Positions 25,901 to 36,958 of a DNA stretch of 64,000 bases are shown piece by piece (position 1 is the first letter of the stretch; the number at the start of each line of letters is the position of its first letter). Origin of the DNA: Lingula anatina (Eukaryota; Animalia; Brachiopoda); contig CM120642.1 in assembly GCA_051362555.1 (NCBI GenBank), positions 26,474,001 to 26,538,000 of the forward strand, given 5' to 3'. Both the position numbers and the translations under genes were made by a program. The notes below the pieces were generated by a model, which saw nothing but the letters and a program-made list of their open reading frames with translations, was not told where the DNA came from and made no database searches.

Positions 25901-28900
25901 GACATCCTGCGCGCGCACCGATTTTCGTCCGTTCTCCAAAAAAAAAAAAAAAAAAAAATCCCCCCCCCCAAACCGCCCCCCCCCCCCCCCCCCAAAGGAA
26001 GTCAGTTGTCGCAAACATCGTTATTGAATTTGCCGGAAAATGCAATCGGCAATTCTCTGCTAATTCCGCAAGCTCCATTGTCGACTGCGGAGACATTCGA
26101 GTAGTTCCGAGTGTGGAAAATGAGCTTTCTGCGCATGCGTATTATCACCACATGGAAATATGGCCGTTTTGCCGTCAACTTCATCTCTAGCATTAATTTC
26201 AAAATACACGACAATTAAAGTCATAAAGAGAACGGGGGCCGTCGTTTTGGATTGGTTTGCCATTGATATTGGACATGGAGATATCACCCTTTTACAATTT
26301 TACGAAAGGCTGGCCGCGGCCAGCAATCATCGCCCGGAAAATTTCAGTGACATTCTGTCCAAAGCAGCACATACCAGTTTCTTTTTGGAGCGAAAAAAGG
26401 GTCGACAAGAGCGTCGCGGTATTTGGTGGACTGAAGGTCGGACAGGCCACCCGATAGTTGGCTGCTAGCGTGTGAGTCGAAGTAGACAAAATGGCATCGA
26501 CCGAAATTACCTTAGTAGTAGGAAGCATAGGCCTATCTTTGCTTAATTTTTTTAACAATTCTGTGAAGTGTTTACAATGCTTTAATTTTCTGAGAGTACA
26601 AATAAAGACACGCTATTTATTTGATATTTGTTTTATTGGTTTCTATACCAACAGAATGCATGAAATAACCTTAAATAGATTTGGTAATATGCAGCATATA
26701 TATTCATGACTTTTTACCTTTCTACGAAGTAGGCCCTATTCACAATGCTTTAATATTTTGAGAGCATGGATAAAGACATGTTGTTAGTTTGATACGTGTT
26801 TCTGTGGTAAATTAGTGTTTCCAGCTGTGTACTGAAAACATAACTTTTCTTAAGCAGTTTTTTTTTTTTTTTGGACTGTTTTTTTTTTTTTTCGCCCGCT
26901 CGCACCGACTTTGGGGTCCCCAGAGGATGTCATCCATAAAAATAAAAAAGTGTGGCCTAATACAGAAATTTCTATTAAACTTTATGGTGTTTTTATTTGT
27001 GGCATTTAAGTTAGAAGTATACCTTTTAATCCTGGGGCAGTCTTGCTGGGTGGAGAATGCTGAACAACTTTAGTGCCTCCGTACAGAATGTGTAACTTGC
27101 CATCCACTTGGATGTCCAGTATATGGTCAGTGTCCATGGTTTCAGCTGCCTCCTATGATAGCAATATGTATGATATATAATAGGCAAAAAATATGTAGCA
27201 AATCACAGAATGTAAGACAAATACAAACACACATAAAATTGTTTTTCATTCTACAGCTAGACCTATAATTATCCATGCCTACATCACAGGCACAGACTCA
27301 TTCTACAATCAAAACTAAAATTTTCCATACCTTCATCACAGGCACCAACTGAATCTACAGAGAGACCTATAGTTACCCATACCTTCATCACAGGCACTGA
27401 CTCATTCTACAGAGACACCTATAGTTACCCATACTGTCATCACAGGCACTGACTCATTCTACAGCCAGACCTATAGTTACCCATACCTTCATCACAGGCA
27501 CTGACTCTCCTGTAAGCATGGACTCATCCACAATACAAGGCCCTCTCAGCAACAGCAAGTCACAGGGCACCAACCTGTCTTCTTGAGATCTACCTGTAGA
27601 TTATATACAAAACTGCAAACTTGTATGTTCAGGACCCCCCCCCCCCCCCCCCACTAAAAAATTTGGCAAGTAATCATGTATATGTTTTGCATTTTTGATC
27701 AAAGTTTTAATTGTTTTCAGTCTCATTTTATGAAATTTGGACTACAAAATCTTGTTGTTTTAAGTGTTCAACAATAATTTCAGACAATGATTCAACTTAA
27801 AATAGAACCTGGAGCAGATAACTGGAAACAATATTACTAAATCCTGAAAGGTTAATCATTAGTTACCTATAGATATAAGGTCACCAGGAATGAGTTCATC
27901 ACTTAAGATGGGTCTCCATTTTCTATTCCTGTAAACCTAATGCACACAAAAAAGGAAATTTACAATATTCCCAATTAAAAGTTCTATGGAATAAATAAAT
28001 AAATAAAATAAATAAATATATTAAATAAATGAACAAGCTGGCAAACTTATTTCTTTATAATGAAAATAATATAATCAAAGTACACAACAATTTCTACCCT
28101 TTTCAAAATCCTTAATTATTGAAAAACAAACACCAAGAACAAACATGTAAGTGAAAAAGAGCAGCTGAGCCAAATAAGTTTACATGGCTGTTATATGTTA
28201 TCAAAAAAATTCTGATGTATATCAAAGAGGCAATCTATTTTGTTAAAGCAGCCATTGTTTTATTATTTAAGACCTGCATGAGTGAGTAAGTAAGTACAGC
28301 AGCTGAATACCTGAACTTGATATGGCTTATTTCCCATTTTACGGATTTCAGCCATATTTCTCAACTGCTGCTGCACAAGTGTGGCCTCAAAGGCGATCAG
28401 CATGAACAGAGTGAACACACTGTAATACCAGTACTCATCCAGGCACCACAGCCCGACACAAAACACTTGGAATACAAAGAAAGGGGCTGTGGCTCTCTCC
28501 TTGAACAGCTCGGAAAACTTTGGAATGTCCAGGACCATTCTGAATCACATAAAAAGTATGTATTATTTATATTGTTACACATGCATTTTAAATGATTTTT
28601 GAGAAATGCAAAAATATTTCATGCCTATACTGCAGCCATATTTTCAAATGAATTAAAATTGACTTCCCAACTTATGGTAAATCAATCATATTATTACATC
28701 TACACTGTATAATGGCTTTGGTTAAAATTCACATTTACAGAATAAATTCAAAGCAAAAATACATCAGATGCATCTCTGTGCTACTTGAACTAAGCTGCAA
28801 CAAAATTATTGAAAAGCTTATAATCAATGCACTGTGTTTTGTTTATCAAAATTGCAATATAAAGTACCTATACAACTTACTCATTCTTTCCATATTTCCT

Positions 28901-31686
28901 CTCTGCTTGTTTGATATCACTTTCTTCTTGGTAGCCTTTCCATTCCATATAGGTCTTAATAGAATAGTCAATGGGGAACTCCACTGGAAGAAACTGCTTT
29001 TTCTCCTCTGCATCATACACATATTTGCACTTTTGGAAAGTGAACCAAATTTGTTCTGTATCTTCATACTGAAATGCAAAACATGTCAATGAAAAAAAGG
29101 AGAAGACATATAAAAAAGAAGCAAAAATAATTCAATAAATGAACTGAAAATAATAAACAAACTCAGCATCTAAAATACGCTTTGTTTAAATGCACAAAAG
29201 TAAAGAGATCCTTTGAAATGAGACACTACAAAAACTCCAATTGAACAATTCAAATATCTTCTGCAATCATGTGACTTGAAAACAATGTAGAATGTGCTTC
29301 TCATATTGTTATATGCAACAAAGAAAAAAATACTGAAACTTCTAAACCAACCACCACTTATTTGACTAAAGTAATTAATTTTATACTGTAGATAAAATAT
29401 TCCTTGAAAGCATCCTTTAAGTAAATATATCTTTAAATTGCTATCATAGTTTTAGCACCTTAGTTGTAGAACATATTGTTAGATCATCGTCATTTCTAAG
29501 AAGTACTTAACGAGAATTAGTAATTATAATAATAATTATATTGAAAAATGATATTAGTATTCAGAATCGAAAAAATATCTTATTTTCTTTTGTGAGGCAC
29601 TTAAAATAATGAATCTTCAAATATAGGAACAGACTTTACGAAAGGCCAAAAAATCTGTCAGACATTCGGTCTGACAAGCCTGAAAATTCTGTCAGACCGA
29701 AACAAAATCTGTCAGACCGAAGTAAAATAATAGAAATATAAACCATTATTCATGTTTTCATGTGTATTTTCTAATGTTTTAAATCATTGACATTAAATCA
29801 AATATTAATTTTTTGAAATATATTTATTTGTAAAAAAAAGTAAGATAAGAAAGAAAAAAAAATAGTGCTGAATGAAACAAGGACTAAAAACATTACAAGT
29901 ATGAAGAATGCGTAGCTAGTTATTTCAAATGTATGTCCATAAAAACGTCTGTTAATCAGTAACCATTTCACACGTTGTTTTTGGCAATAACATATGCATT
30001 TTGAAACAGCACAGTAAGACAGTCTCTTTCGTCCAATTGAAGCTTTGTCAGGGAGTGTCCAGTCCGAGTCCTTCTTCTTTTTATTTCTTTTTTTTTTTTT
30101 TTTTATAAAAAGAAACTCAAACTGTGAGCTTTCATCAAGTTCATGCGCACTTTCTCCTACTCGTGATGAACGGTACATGCAAATACGTACATATGTCCCA
30201 TAATTTAGGAAACTGTAATAAAGCTGTAACATTTATGTTGCTGTTGATCAAAATGATAACTTTAGTACTCCTGACACTCGGCACACACTATTTTCCTCTC
30301 CTACAGAACATAAGTCCGCTAGGGCCTACCTTCTTTCCAATTTTATTAAACTTCCGTTTCTCTTCCTCACTTCGTTTTCATTTTTGCCACGCTTTGCACC
30401 AACGAAGTGTTTAAAGTTCAATAACGTCATTTTCTAAGCAAAAGGCTTATCCATGAGTACTGTGTACGACTGATAATGAAGAAACAGAGGATCAAGTCTG
30501 TAAAAACGCAAATTAGCACGAGCACATGTGTTGCGGCCATTGTGTTGTGTAGTATAACGAAAACGAGACTGTACATTACATCATTCAGGAATTCCCCAAC
30601 CTCAGCCAGTCACAAAATAGTATTTGTGAGTGAAACTGAGGTTAATAAATTATGTATAATTAGCTGGGAACTCCCCGAGATTTTCACCCCGTCTTTCTTT
30701 TCGAATGAAGTAAAATATATCGTCCAGAAAAGAAACAACGCAATCCTTATAAATTTACACATTCTCAGTCAGTTTGAAAACTCGCCGGACATAAGGTCCG
30801 ACGATACAGGATTTTTTATCGGACCGTGACGAAATTTGCCAGGCATGTCCGACGGTCCGACGCCTTTCGTAAAGTCTGTAGGAAACAGGTGAGGGGTATG
30901 AGGCATGTGTGAAATTTAAGTATGTTAATCCTTACAGTATGTAAGTCTCACCTTATCATGGTGCAGTTCAACCAATTCAGGAGAGCCATTATTTGGTGTA
31001 GGAACTACTTTGACCACTCCAGCTTTCTTTGGATCATTTTCCTAATAAAAGTCAATAATGCATCTATCACTTCGCTGCAATTCGTCATGTAGGATATAAA
31101 TAAAAAAGAATATTGCAAATCAATCAGATCAAAAATTCAAGGTCTTACACAGAAATGAAAACAACAAATACAATTTTCATGAACCACTGCATTTATAATT
31201 TGTGAACATATTTGCATTAAAACCTCTGGCATCCACTTTTAACACAGAATAAGAAAATGTCGTACATTTTAAAATGTGCATGGGACCAGACTGCAAAATG
31301 CGGATAACATCCAATATGTGAGATAACTTTAGCATCAAAGCATCAGTTTTATTTGACAATTATCGACATATGTGAAGACCGTTTGGTAACCTAAAACAAA
31401 ATAGAGCTGCTTTACAAAAAGATGCCATACTTACAGATCTACAGGTAAGGGCGCATCTCACATGGACCGACCAATGGCAAAATAGACACGTTAAAATTTG
31501 CAGAATGCCGATACCGGCAAGAGCAATCATTCCCGCCTCAAAATACTCAACAACGCCATACGCAGTGACCCAAACGTACAGCCATATGGCATACAAGACC
31601 ATGAATGGTGCAATGTATCCATGGAAGACTAGCGGTCGTAAATTATAAAGAGAAATCCGCTGTATTTCTTCGTTTACAGTGGTCAT
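13920..31686 (-). CDS. ATP13A1: P5A-type ATPase ATP13A1 (Spf1-like ER transmembrane helix dislocase), complete, 26 exons
   Basis: Exons 5'->3': 31686-31435, 31041-30952, 29068-28881, 28539-28311, 27936-27867, 27593-27487, 27152-27023, 25208-25026, 24564-24427, 24131-24011, 23483-23329, 22962-22787, 22369-22259, 21834-21709, 21227-21119, 20694-20585, 20298-20206, 19742-19646, 19222-19161, 18884-18756, 18510-18393, 17667-17471, 17103-16961, 16515-16404, 14525-14382, 14024-13920 (TAA). Motifs [79 protein letters not shown]. Confidence 0.96.
14559..16055. mobile_element. Non-autonomous CACTA (EnSpm)-type element with about 395-bp TIRs, in ATP13A1 intron 24
   Basis: Starts CACTAGTGGGCCTGATTTG and ends CAAATCAGGCCCACTAGTG; 14559-14954 is the near-perfect reverse complement of 15659-16055; 3-bp TSD TTG at 14556-14558 and 16056-16058; no transposase ORF. 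Confidence 0.85.
16090..16133. repeat. (AAT)n microsatellite
   Basis: About 14 AAT units with one interruption. Confidence 0.9.
16582..16965. repeat. About 195-bp tandem duplication that includes the ATP13A1 exon-23 donor site
   Basis: Copies at 16582-16770 and 16776-16965; both carry minus-strand CCAAG|gtaaatactc. Confidence 0.9.
17652..17964. repeat. 39-bp minisatellite (8 copies) built from the ATP13A1 exon-22 acceptor region
   Basis: Minus-strand unit gtagcattgttttctctgtgtttcagTCTGCCATATTAT; the last copy is the real acceptor leading into CHIIKQGRC. Confidence 0.93.
25875..26957. mobile_element. PIF/Harbinger-like non-autonomous element in ATP13A1 intron 7
   Basis: About 34-bp TIR GGCCACACTTTTTTAATTTTATGGATGACATCCT and its near-perfect reverse complement; TAA TSD on both sides (25872-25874, 26958-26960); CpG-rich interior in a CpG-poor gene. 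Confidence 0.85.
27247..27507. repeat. 52-bp minisatellite (5 copies) built from the end of ATP13A1 exon 6 plus its donor site
   Basis: Minus-strand unit AATGAGTCAGTGCCTGTGATGAAG gtatgggtaactataggtctctctgtag; junctions at 27487, 27435, 27383, 27331 and 27279. Confidence 0.93.
29630..30878. mobile_element. hAT-like non-autonomous element with apparent 6-bp TSD, in ATP13A1 intron 2
   Basis: Perfect 17-bp TIR CAGACTTTACGAAAGGC / GCCTTTCGTAAAGTCTG; direct repeat TAGGAA at 29624-29629 and 30879-30884; subterminal TCTGTCAGAC and GTCCGAC repeats; no transposase ORF. Confidence 0.82.
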
Positions 31687-32585
31687 GTTGCCGGAAGTTT
31701 CATTTAATTGACGAGGATGAAATCAACAGCGCGATATTTCATTGGATGAATTTAGTCAGGTCGTCTTACTTTTTTTGCGATAAAAAATTACTAGAATCAA
31801 GAAAATATTGTAAAAAAAATTAAATGAATTTTTTTTAAAATTCACGTTTTTGAGGGGGTACATTTAGATAGAACTTCATAAAAAGACGATCAAGTGCGGT
31901 ACGCTCCTTTCATTTTTAACCTTCTACAACGAAAGAGTTGAAAACACTGAAGCGAAAACTTCCCGTACAAAAACGCGAAGACGACGTCCCAATTTCAACG
32001 AATAGGAATTGATGGTTGGTTGGCTGATAATTCAAGGTATTTTGGGAAAGAAAGCATGTTCGATGATTTGGTCTAAAAAGCCAAATGTGACTCTAGTACA
32101 TATCAGAGACCGCAAATATAGGAGTGTATTTGTGATTTTTTCATTTTTCTCACTTTGACATTTTCATAGTTACGTGGCTTCCATATCCTATTGGCCTGAA
32201 GCAACGTGCTCGTCACATTTACTGTACGTATGTCACATTTGCACAAGGATTAAAAGTGGCGTTATGTACAGTAATATTGCATCAAAATAGACGCAAAAGA
32301 AAAAAAATGTTTTGTGCACTTTTTCATAAACACAAGATAAGAAAAATTGTATTCGATCTACATATTATTTTCAAACTTGTTGGAATACTAGTGTGATTGG
32401 ATTATCGTTGTGGAAGTTAAAATTTCTGTTATTTTTAATTTCCACATATCAACATTTTCTTTACAGTTTTAAAAAGTGTTAAAATATGTAAACATTTTTA
32501 TGATTTTCAATATTATACTAAATTTAGGCTCACTGACTTGATGCCCCAACTATAAGCCACATCAAGGGTCCACACAAGCACTGTC
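31687..32585. promoter_or_regulatory. Putative bidirectional promoter between ATP13A1 and the ankyrin-SOCS gene
   Basis: Divergent ATGs 900 bp apart; locally CpG-rich; ETS-type CCGGAAGT at 31691; possible 5'UTR intron on + (aag|gtattt near 32036, tttag near 32527). Confidence 0.5.
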
Positions 32586-33079
32586 ATGGATGCAGACCAG
32601 GAAGTATCTGGCAGACCTGCTCACCTCACAGTAATAGAGAATCTGCTTTCTGCTATCAAGACCTCAGATATAGACACTGTCAAAGGCATGGCAGATGAGT
32701 ACAGGCAAAACCCTAGCCTTTTAAGTGATAGAAAATGTGGTAGTGCTCTGTTAGCTGCAGCCAGGTCTCCTACAGATTGTGTAGAGATAGTGTACTTATT
32801 GCTGGCAAATATGAATGCAAATGTCAGGTATGTACTATCCACTGTTTTATATTTCTGTCAATTATAAAGGCTGTTATTCATCTAAATTTTAGCTATTCAC
32901 ACAAAGCAGAAGTATGAACACAATCTGTTGCTTTGATTCATCATTTTAAATATATATTCAGTTAACTTTTCATTGTTGGTGCTTAAAAACTTTACAATTG
33001 CATTTTAAACCATTTTAATAATTTAACTGATAGATGACAGTTCGATGCCTCAGTAGGCGTCATACATACCTAACATACA

Positions 33080-33112
<33 letters not shown>

Positions 33113-36100
33113 GATAATATATACATATGATGATAATAATAATACATTTTAATATACATATAATTTTTATCCCAGCCACAAAGACCAGAATGGCCTCCAA
33201 GCGCTCCACTTTGCAGCCTTCAACAACAACCACAATATACTTAGTGCACTGATCCAGGCTGGTGCTGAAGTGGACTGTCAGGATGCCAAGACATACACCC
33301 CGCTCCACTATGGATGTGTACAGGGGCATGTGGACATAGTGAAAACCCTGCTAGCCAAGGGGGCAGGTGCTTGTAGAGGCAGGAGAATGTGGAAGGAGTC
33401 CCCTTTGCATGTAGCTGCATATGATGGTATGCAATTGAGGCAGTGGCAGATGGAAAATATTTCATATATTTTTTTGTGGTTTATAAGTTTTTTAAGGTGT
33501 TCATAAAATATAAGTGAATTAATTTTGAGCAGGTTATTCCTTTTCATATACAAGTGTTCTTGCAGGCGTAGAGAGAACTCTGTGTTTCCAAAGTACAAAG
33601 TATTGAATAATGAATTGTATATTTTTTTCCCAGAAAATTTCACCCACCGATAAACCCTTTTTTTATGAAAATAAAAGGATGTTTTTTAATGACAGTAATA
33701 ATCTTTTTTTAAAGTTGAAACCACTGTTTGACCAAATTCATACCTATTTAATGTTTATATATTGTTCAAACAACCTTAAAAGCATTTGTTGGTTAAGGAT
33801 ATGCTGATAAACTGCTTATGATTCATACATTATTTATGACATTACCACTCAATGAAATGATTGCTTGTTTACTTCCTAGGTCACCTTGAAGTAGTTTTAC
33901 TATTGCTTGAAGAGGGCGAGAATCCCAATGTCAGAGCAGATGTTGGCGACGGAGGTACTCCTGTACACCGGGCGGTGACTGGCGGCCATATTGAGGTGTT
34001 GAAGGTGCTGATGGCAGCAGGGGGAAATATCCACAAGTTTGACAGCAAAGGCCAACGTCCAGTCCACATAGCTGCAGCACAGGGAAATGTTGACATCCTG
34101 CAGCTGTTGATAGAACATGGTGCTAGTTTGAATCTCATCGATAACGTCGGGAGGACTGCCCTCTCGCATGCCGTGTGCAGTAAGAATACTGAAGCAGTGG
34201 AGCTTTTATTGCTTCATGGCTCGGATACCAATGTGCCTGACAAACAGAGGATGTTTCCTTTACATTATGCTGCCATTGAGAATAGGCCTCAGATTGTGAG
34301 GCTTCTGTTGGAACATGGTGCTAGGGTAGGTGTTATGTCATTATAGATGTATCTTAAAGGGTACATGTATCTCTGTATTGTCCATATTTATTGTACAGTG
34401 TATCCGTAAAAAAAAGTTCATTTCTTTTATTAAGGAATATGTTCAGGGAATAACAGTATGCTAGAAGAGCATTACTGTTTCAGGTGCAAGGTGTTAATTT
34501 CATCTACACAACATGCCAAATTTCATTACTTATTTGGTTTGCAATTATGTTTATGACCCATAGAGTGAATCCTCAGATACATGAAGTAATTCAGCATTTT
34601 TTTCATTTATATATAGAACTATTTATTTGAGTATTTATTTGAGTCATTATTTGAGTAATTGTACAATACAAAATGATAATAACCTAAATTCCAAGTGAAG
34701 ATATCTGAAATGTGTCTGCTTTAAAAATTTTTCTTTTCTACCATCGATTCAGATCTGATGATGCTTGCTTTTTTTCAAATCTCAGTATTATTGAAGCATA
34801 TAGGGGGACATTTCCCAAAAACGTATTAACTAGGTTTGTATTGGATCTGAAAACTCATGGTCCTCTTTCTTGATTCATCAAGGTGAACGAGACTAACTCT
34901 GTGCGGGACTCAACAGCTCTTTGCATGGCTGCATCTCTCAACTTCCCAGCAGTGGTTCAGGAACTGTGTGCGGGGGGCGCTGATGTAAACAAGGGAGACA
35001 AAAACAAATTTACTCCATTACACAAAGCTGTCAGCTCTTCAGGTAATGTGTTTTATGCATCTTGTTGGATGTTTTATTTGCCTATTTTTAAAATATTATT
35101 ATTAGCAATCTAAATTAAGGTAGCTACTATTGTTTTTTGGCTGCATCTGAGACAACTTCATGTACTGTATTGAATTTGGATTAATGATTAATAAAATTGA
35201 TAATGGTATTTTTTCTCAGTTATATGTTTATATAAAGGTGCTTAAAATTGACAGAAATACCCTTTCTTAAACTGGTTTGTTAGTTGATATTTGAGTTCAG
35301 AAATGTCCAAGAGCAGTGTACATCTTGTGTGGACAATAAATAGGAAAATGAGTACCAGTAAAAACAAAGTTTAAATAAAATCAGTCTTTCTAAATTTGCT
35401 ACTTTGCCAATGACCATCTTCATTTTAAGTGTATAGGCTTCATAGTGCACTTTATATATGATATCCGTAATGTTGTCTTCCAGAGCAAAACAAAAGCGAA
35501 GTCATATCCATACTTCTCCAATACGGTGCTCTTCTAGACATCCGGGACATTGGTGAATACACCCCTCTAGAACGTTGCGTATTCCAGTGTGTTATACACA
35601 ATTTTAATATACACGATCTCAAGTTGTTAGTGGGAGCAGGAGCTCCTTTAGAAAGCCAGGGTTCCAGAAGACCATCATCAAGGTGCATGTGTGTGTTTGG
35701 ACACGTTTGCTTACGCAAGCACTATGCTTCGTAAGAAGTTGAAATAAAGTTTTCTGAGCATGAGAATTGTAGTACAAATTAGGAGTACCATGTTACCTTT
35801 ATAAAATCTATAATCTGTTATACAGGCTATGTGTTCAAAAAATAATGCTTCAAGAAACTGGAATAACAATTTTTTTGCTAGTTCAGAAGTTTGATAAATC
35901 TGTATGGTTTTTCCTTTTGTCAGTCCTTGTCAGCCCTTGAATCATAATATTTCCCTATCCACATGGTTTTTAATGGCGATCCTGGCAATAAAAATGGCAA
36001 CTCTATTAGTGATGAGGTTGATGATGAAAATAATAAGATTTTTTATACTATATTTATAACTTATTTTATTTTGCAGACAGCACAGTTCTGCCCTCTCCTG

Positions 36101-36389
36101 GGTGCTGTGGCATGGCCACACAGATGCTGCAGCTTATTTGGTGAGTGCTGGTTGGAACCTGTCTACAGAGGCCTGGATATTCTCTGTGAGGTGGAACCTT
36201 GCTCAGAAAGACATACTAGATATGATACTCCAGTATTTAAAAGAGCCTAAGGGGCTGAGTTTTCTGTGCAGGGATGTTATTCGGTCATGTTTGATGAAGA
36301 GGAGGAAAGGGAGGGAAATATTGAGTGCAATTGAACAGATGCCATTGCCTGGAACACTGAAGAGGTTTTTAAGAATTGAAGATGGCTAA
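32586..36389 (+). CDS. Ankyrin repeat and SOCS box (ASB-type) E3 ligase substrate adaptor, 6 coding exons
   Basis: Exons 32586-32827, 33176-33426, 33880-34325, 34883-35042, 35484-35682, 36077-36389 (TAA), phases consistent. About 10 ankyrin repeats (TPLHYG, SPLHVAA, TPVHRA, RPVHIAA, FPLHYAA, TPLHKA); C-terminal SOCS box PKGLSFLCRDVIR...LPGTLKRFL. Confidence 0.9.
33060..33108. repeat. (CATA)n microsatellite
   Basis: About 11 CATA units in intron 1 of the ASB-type gene. Confidence 0.9.
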
Positions 36390-36958
36390 CGAGAATTCTT
36401 TCACACTGAACCGAAATGATTTGCAATCTGCCATGTTGGTATGCTGAAGTAATCATACTTTATGTCTTGACAATTTTATTTATTTATCATTTCAAAGTCA
36501 TTTTGTCGTCTGTTCCTATACAAGGTGAAATATGTTTATTTAAATTGTGGGATGGACTGCAGTAATGATGTATTTACATGTTGCATTTTTTCTTCCGAAT
36601 ACATTGTTTTTGATAACGTTCCATATTACGTACAATGAAATATAGCACAGGTTATATTTGATGAGAGAAATCTCAATAACAATACATGTAGTGACTGTGT
36701 CCTTAAGGTGAATGAGTTCACTTCCCCAAAGTTTACATTATTGGATCATATTGAAATGCATTTGTACTTTTGTATGTGATAAAATAATCCCTAGGTTAGC
36801 AGTAAATGTAACGTTATTTATTGAAGCATTTGTTTCAGTGTTATTTTTTACATTGACATTTGTAAGAAGACCTTGTGTGATTTATCAAAAAATAGTGTAG
36901 TACGCATCACTGCAGATAAACACGCAAGGAGTCAATTTGTCTTTAAAATACTCCACTC

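Noticed and set aside
25938-25993. Poly-A and poly-C run giving a KKKK-PPPP ORF
   Set aside because: Low-complexity tract inside a transposon; homopolymer lengths are unreliable.
27247-27507. CRISPR-like appearance of regularly spaced repeats
   Set aside because: Eukaryotic intron, whole units are repeated with no unique spacers, and no cas genes are present.
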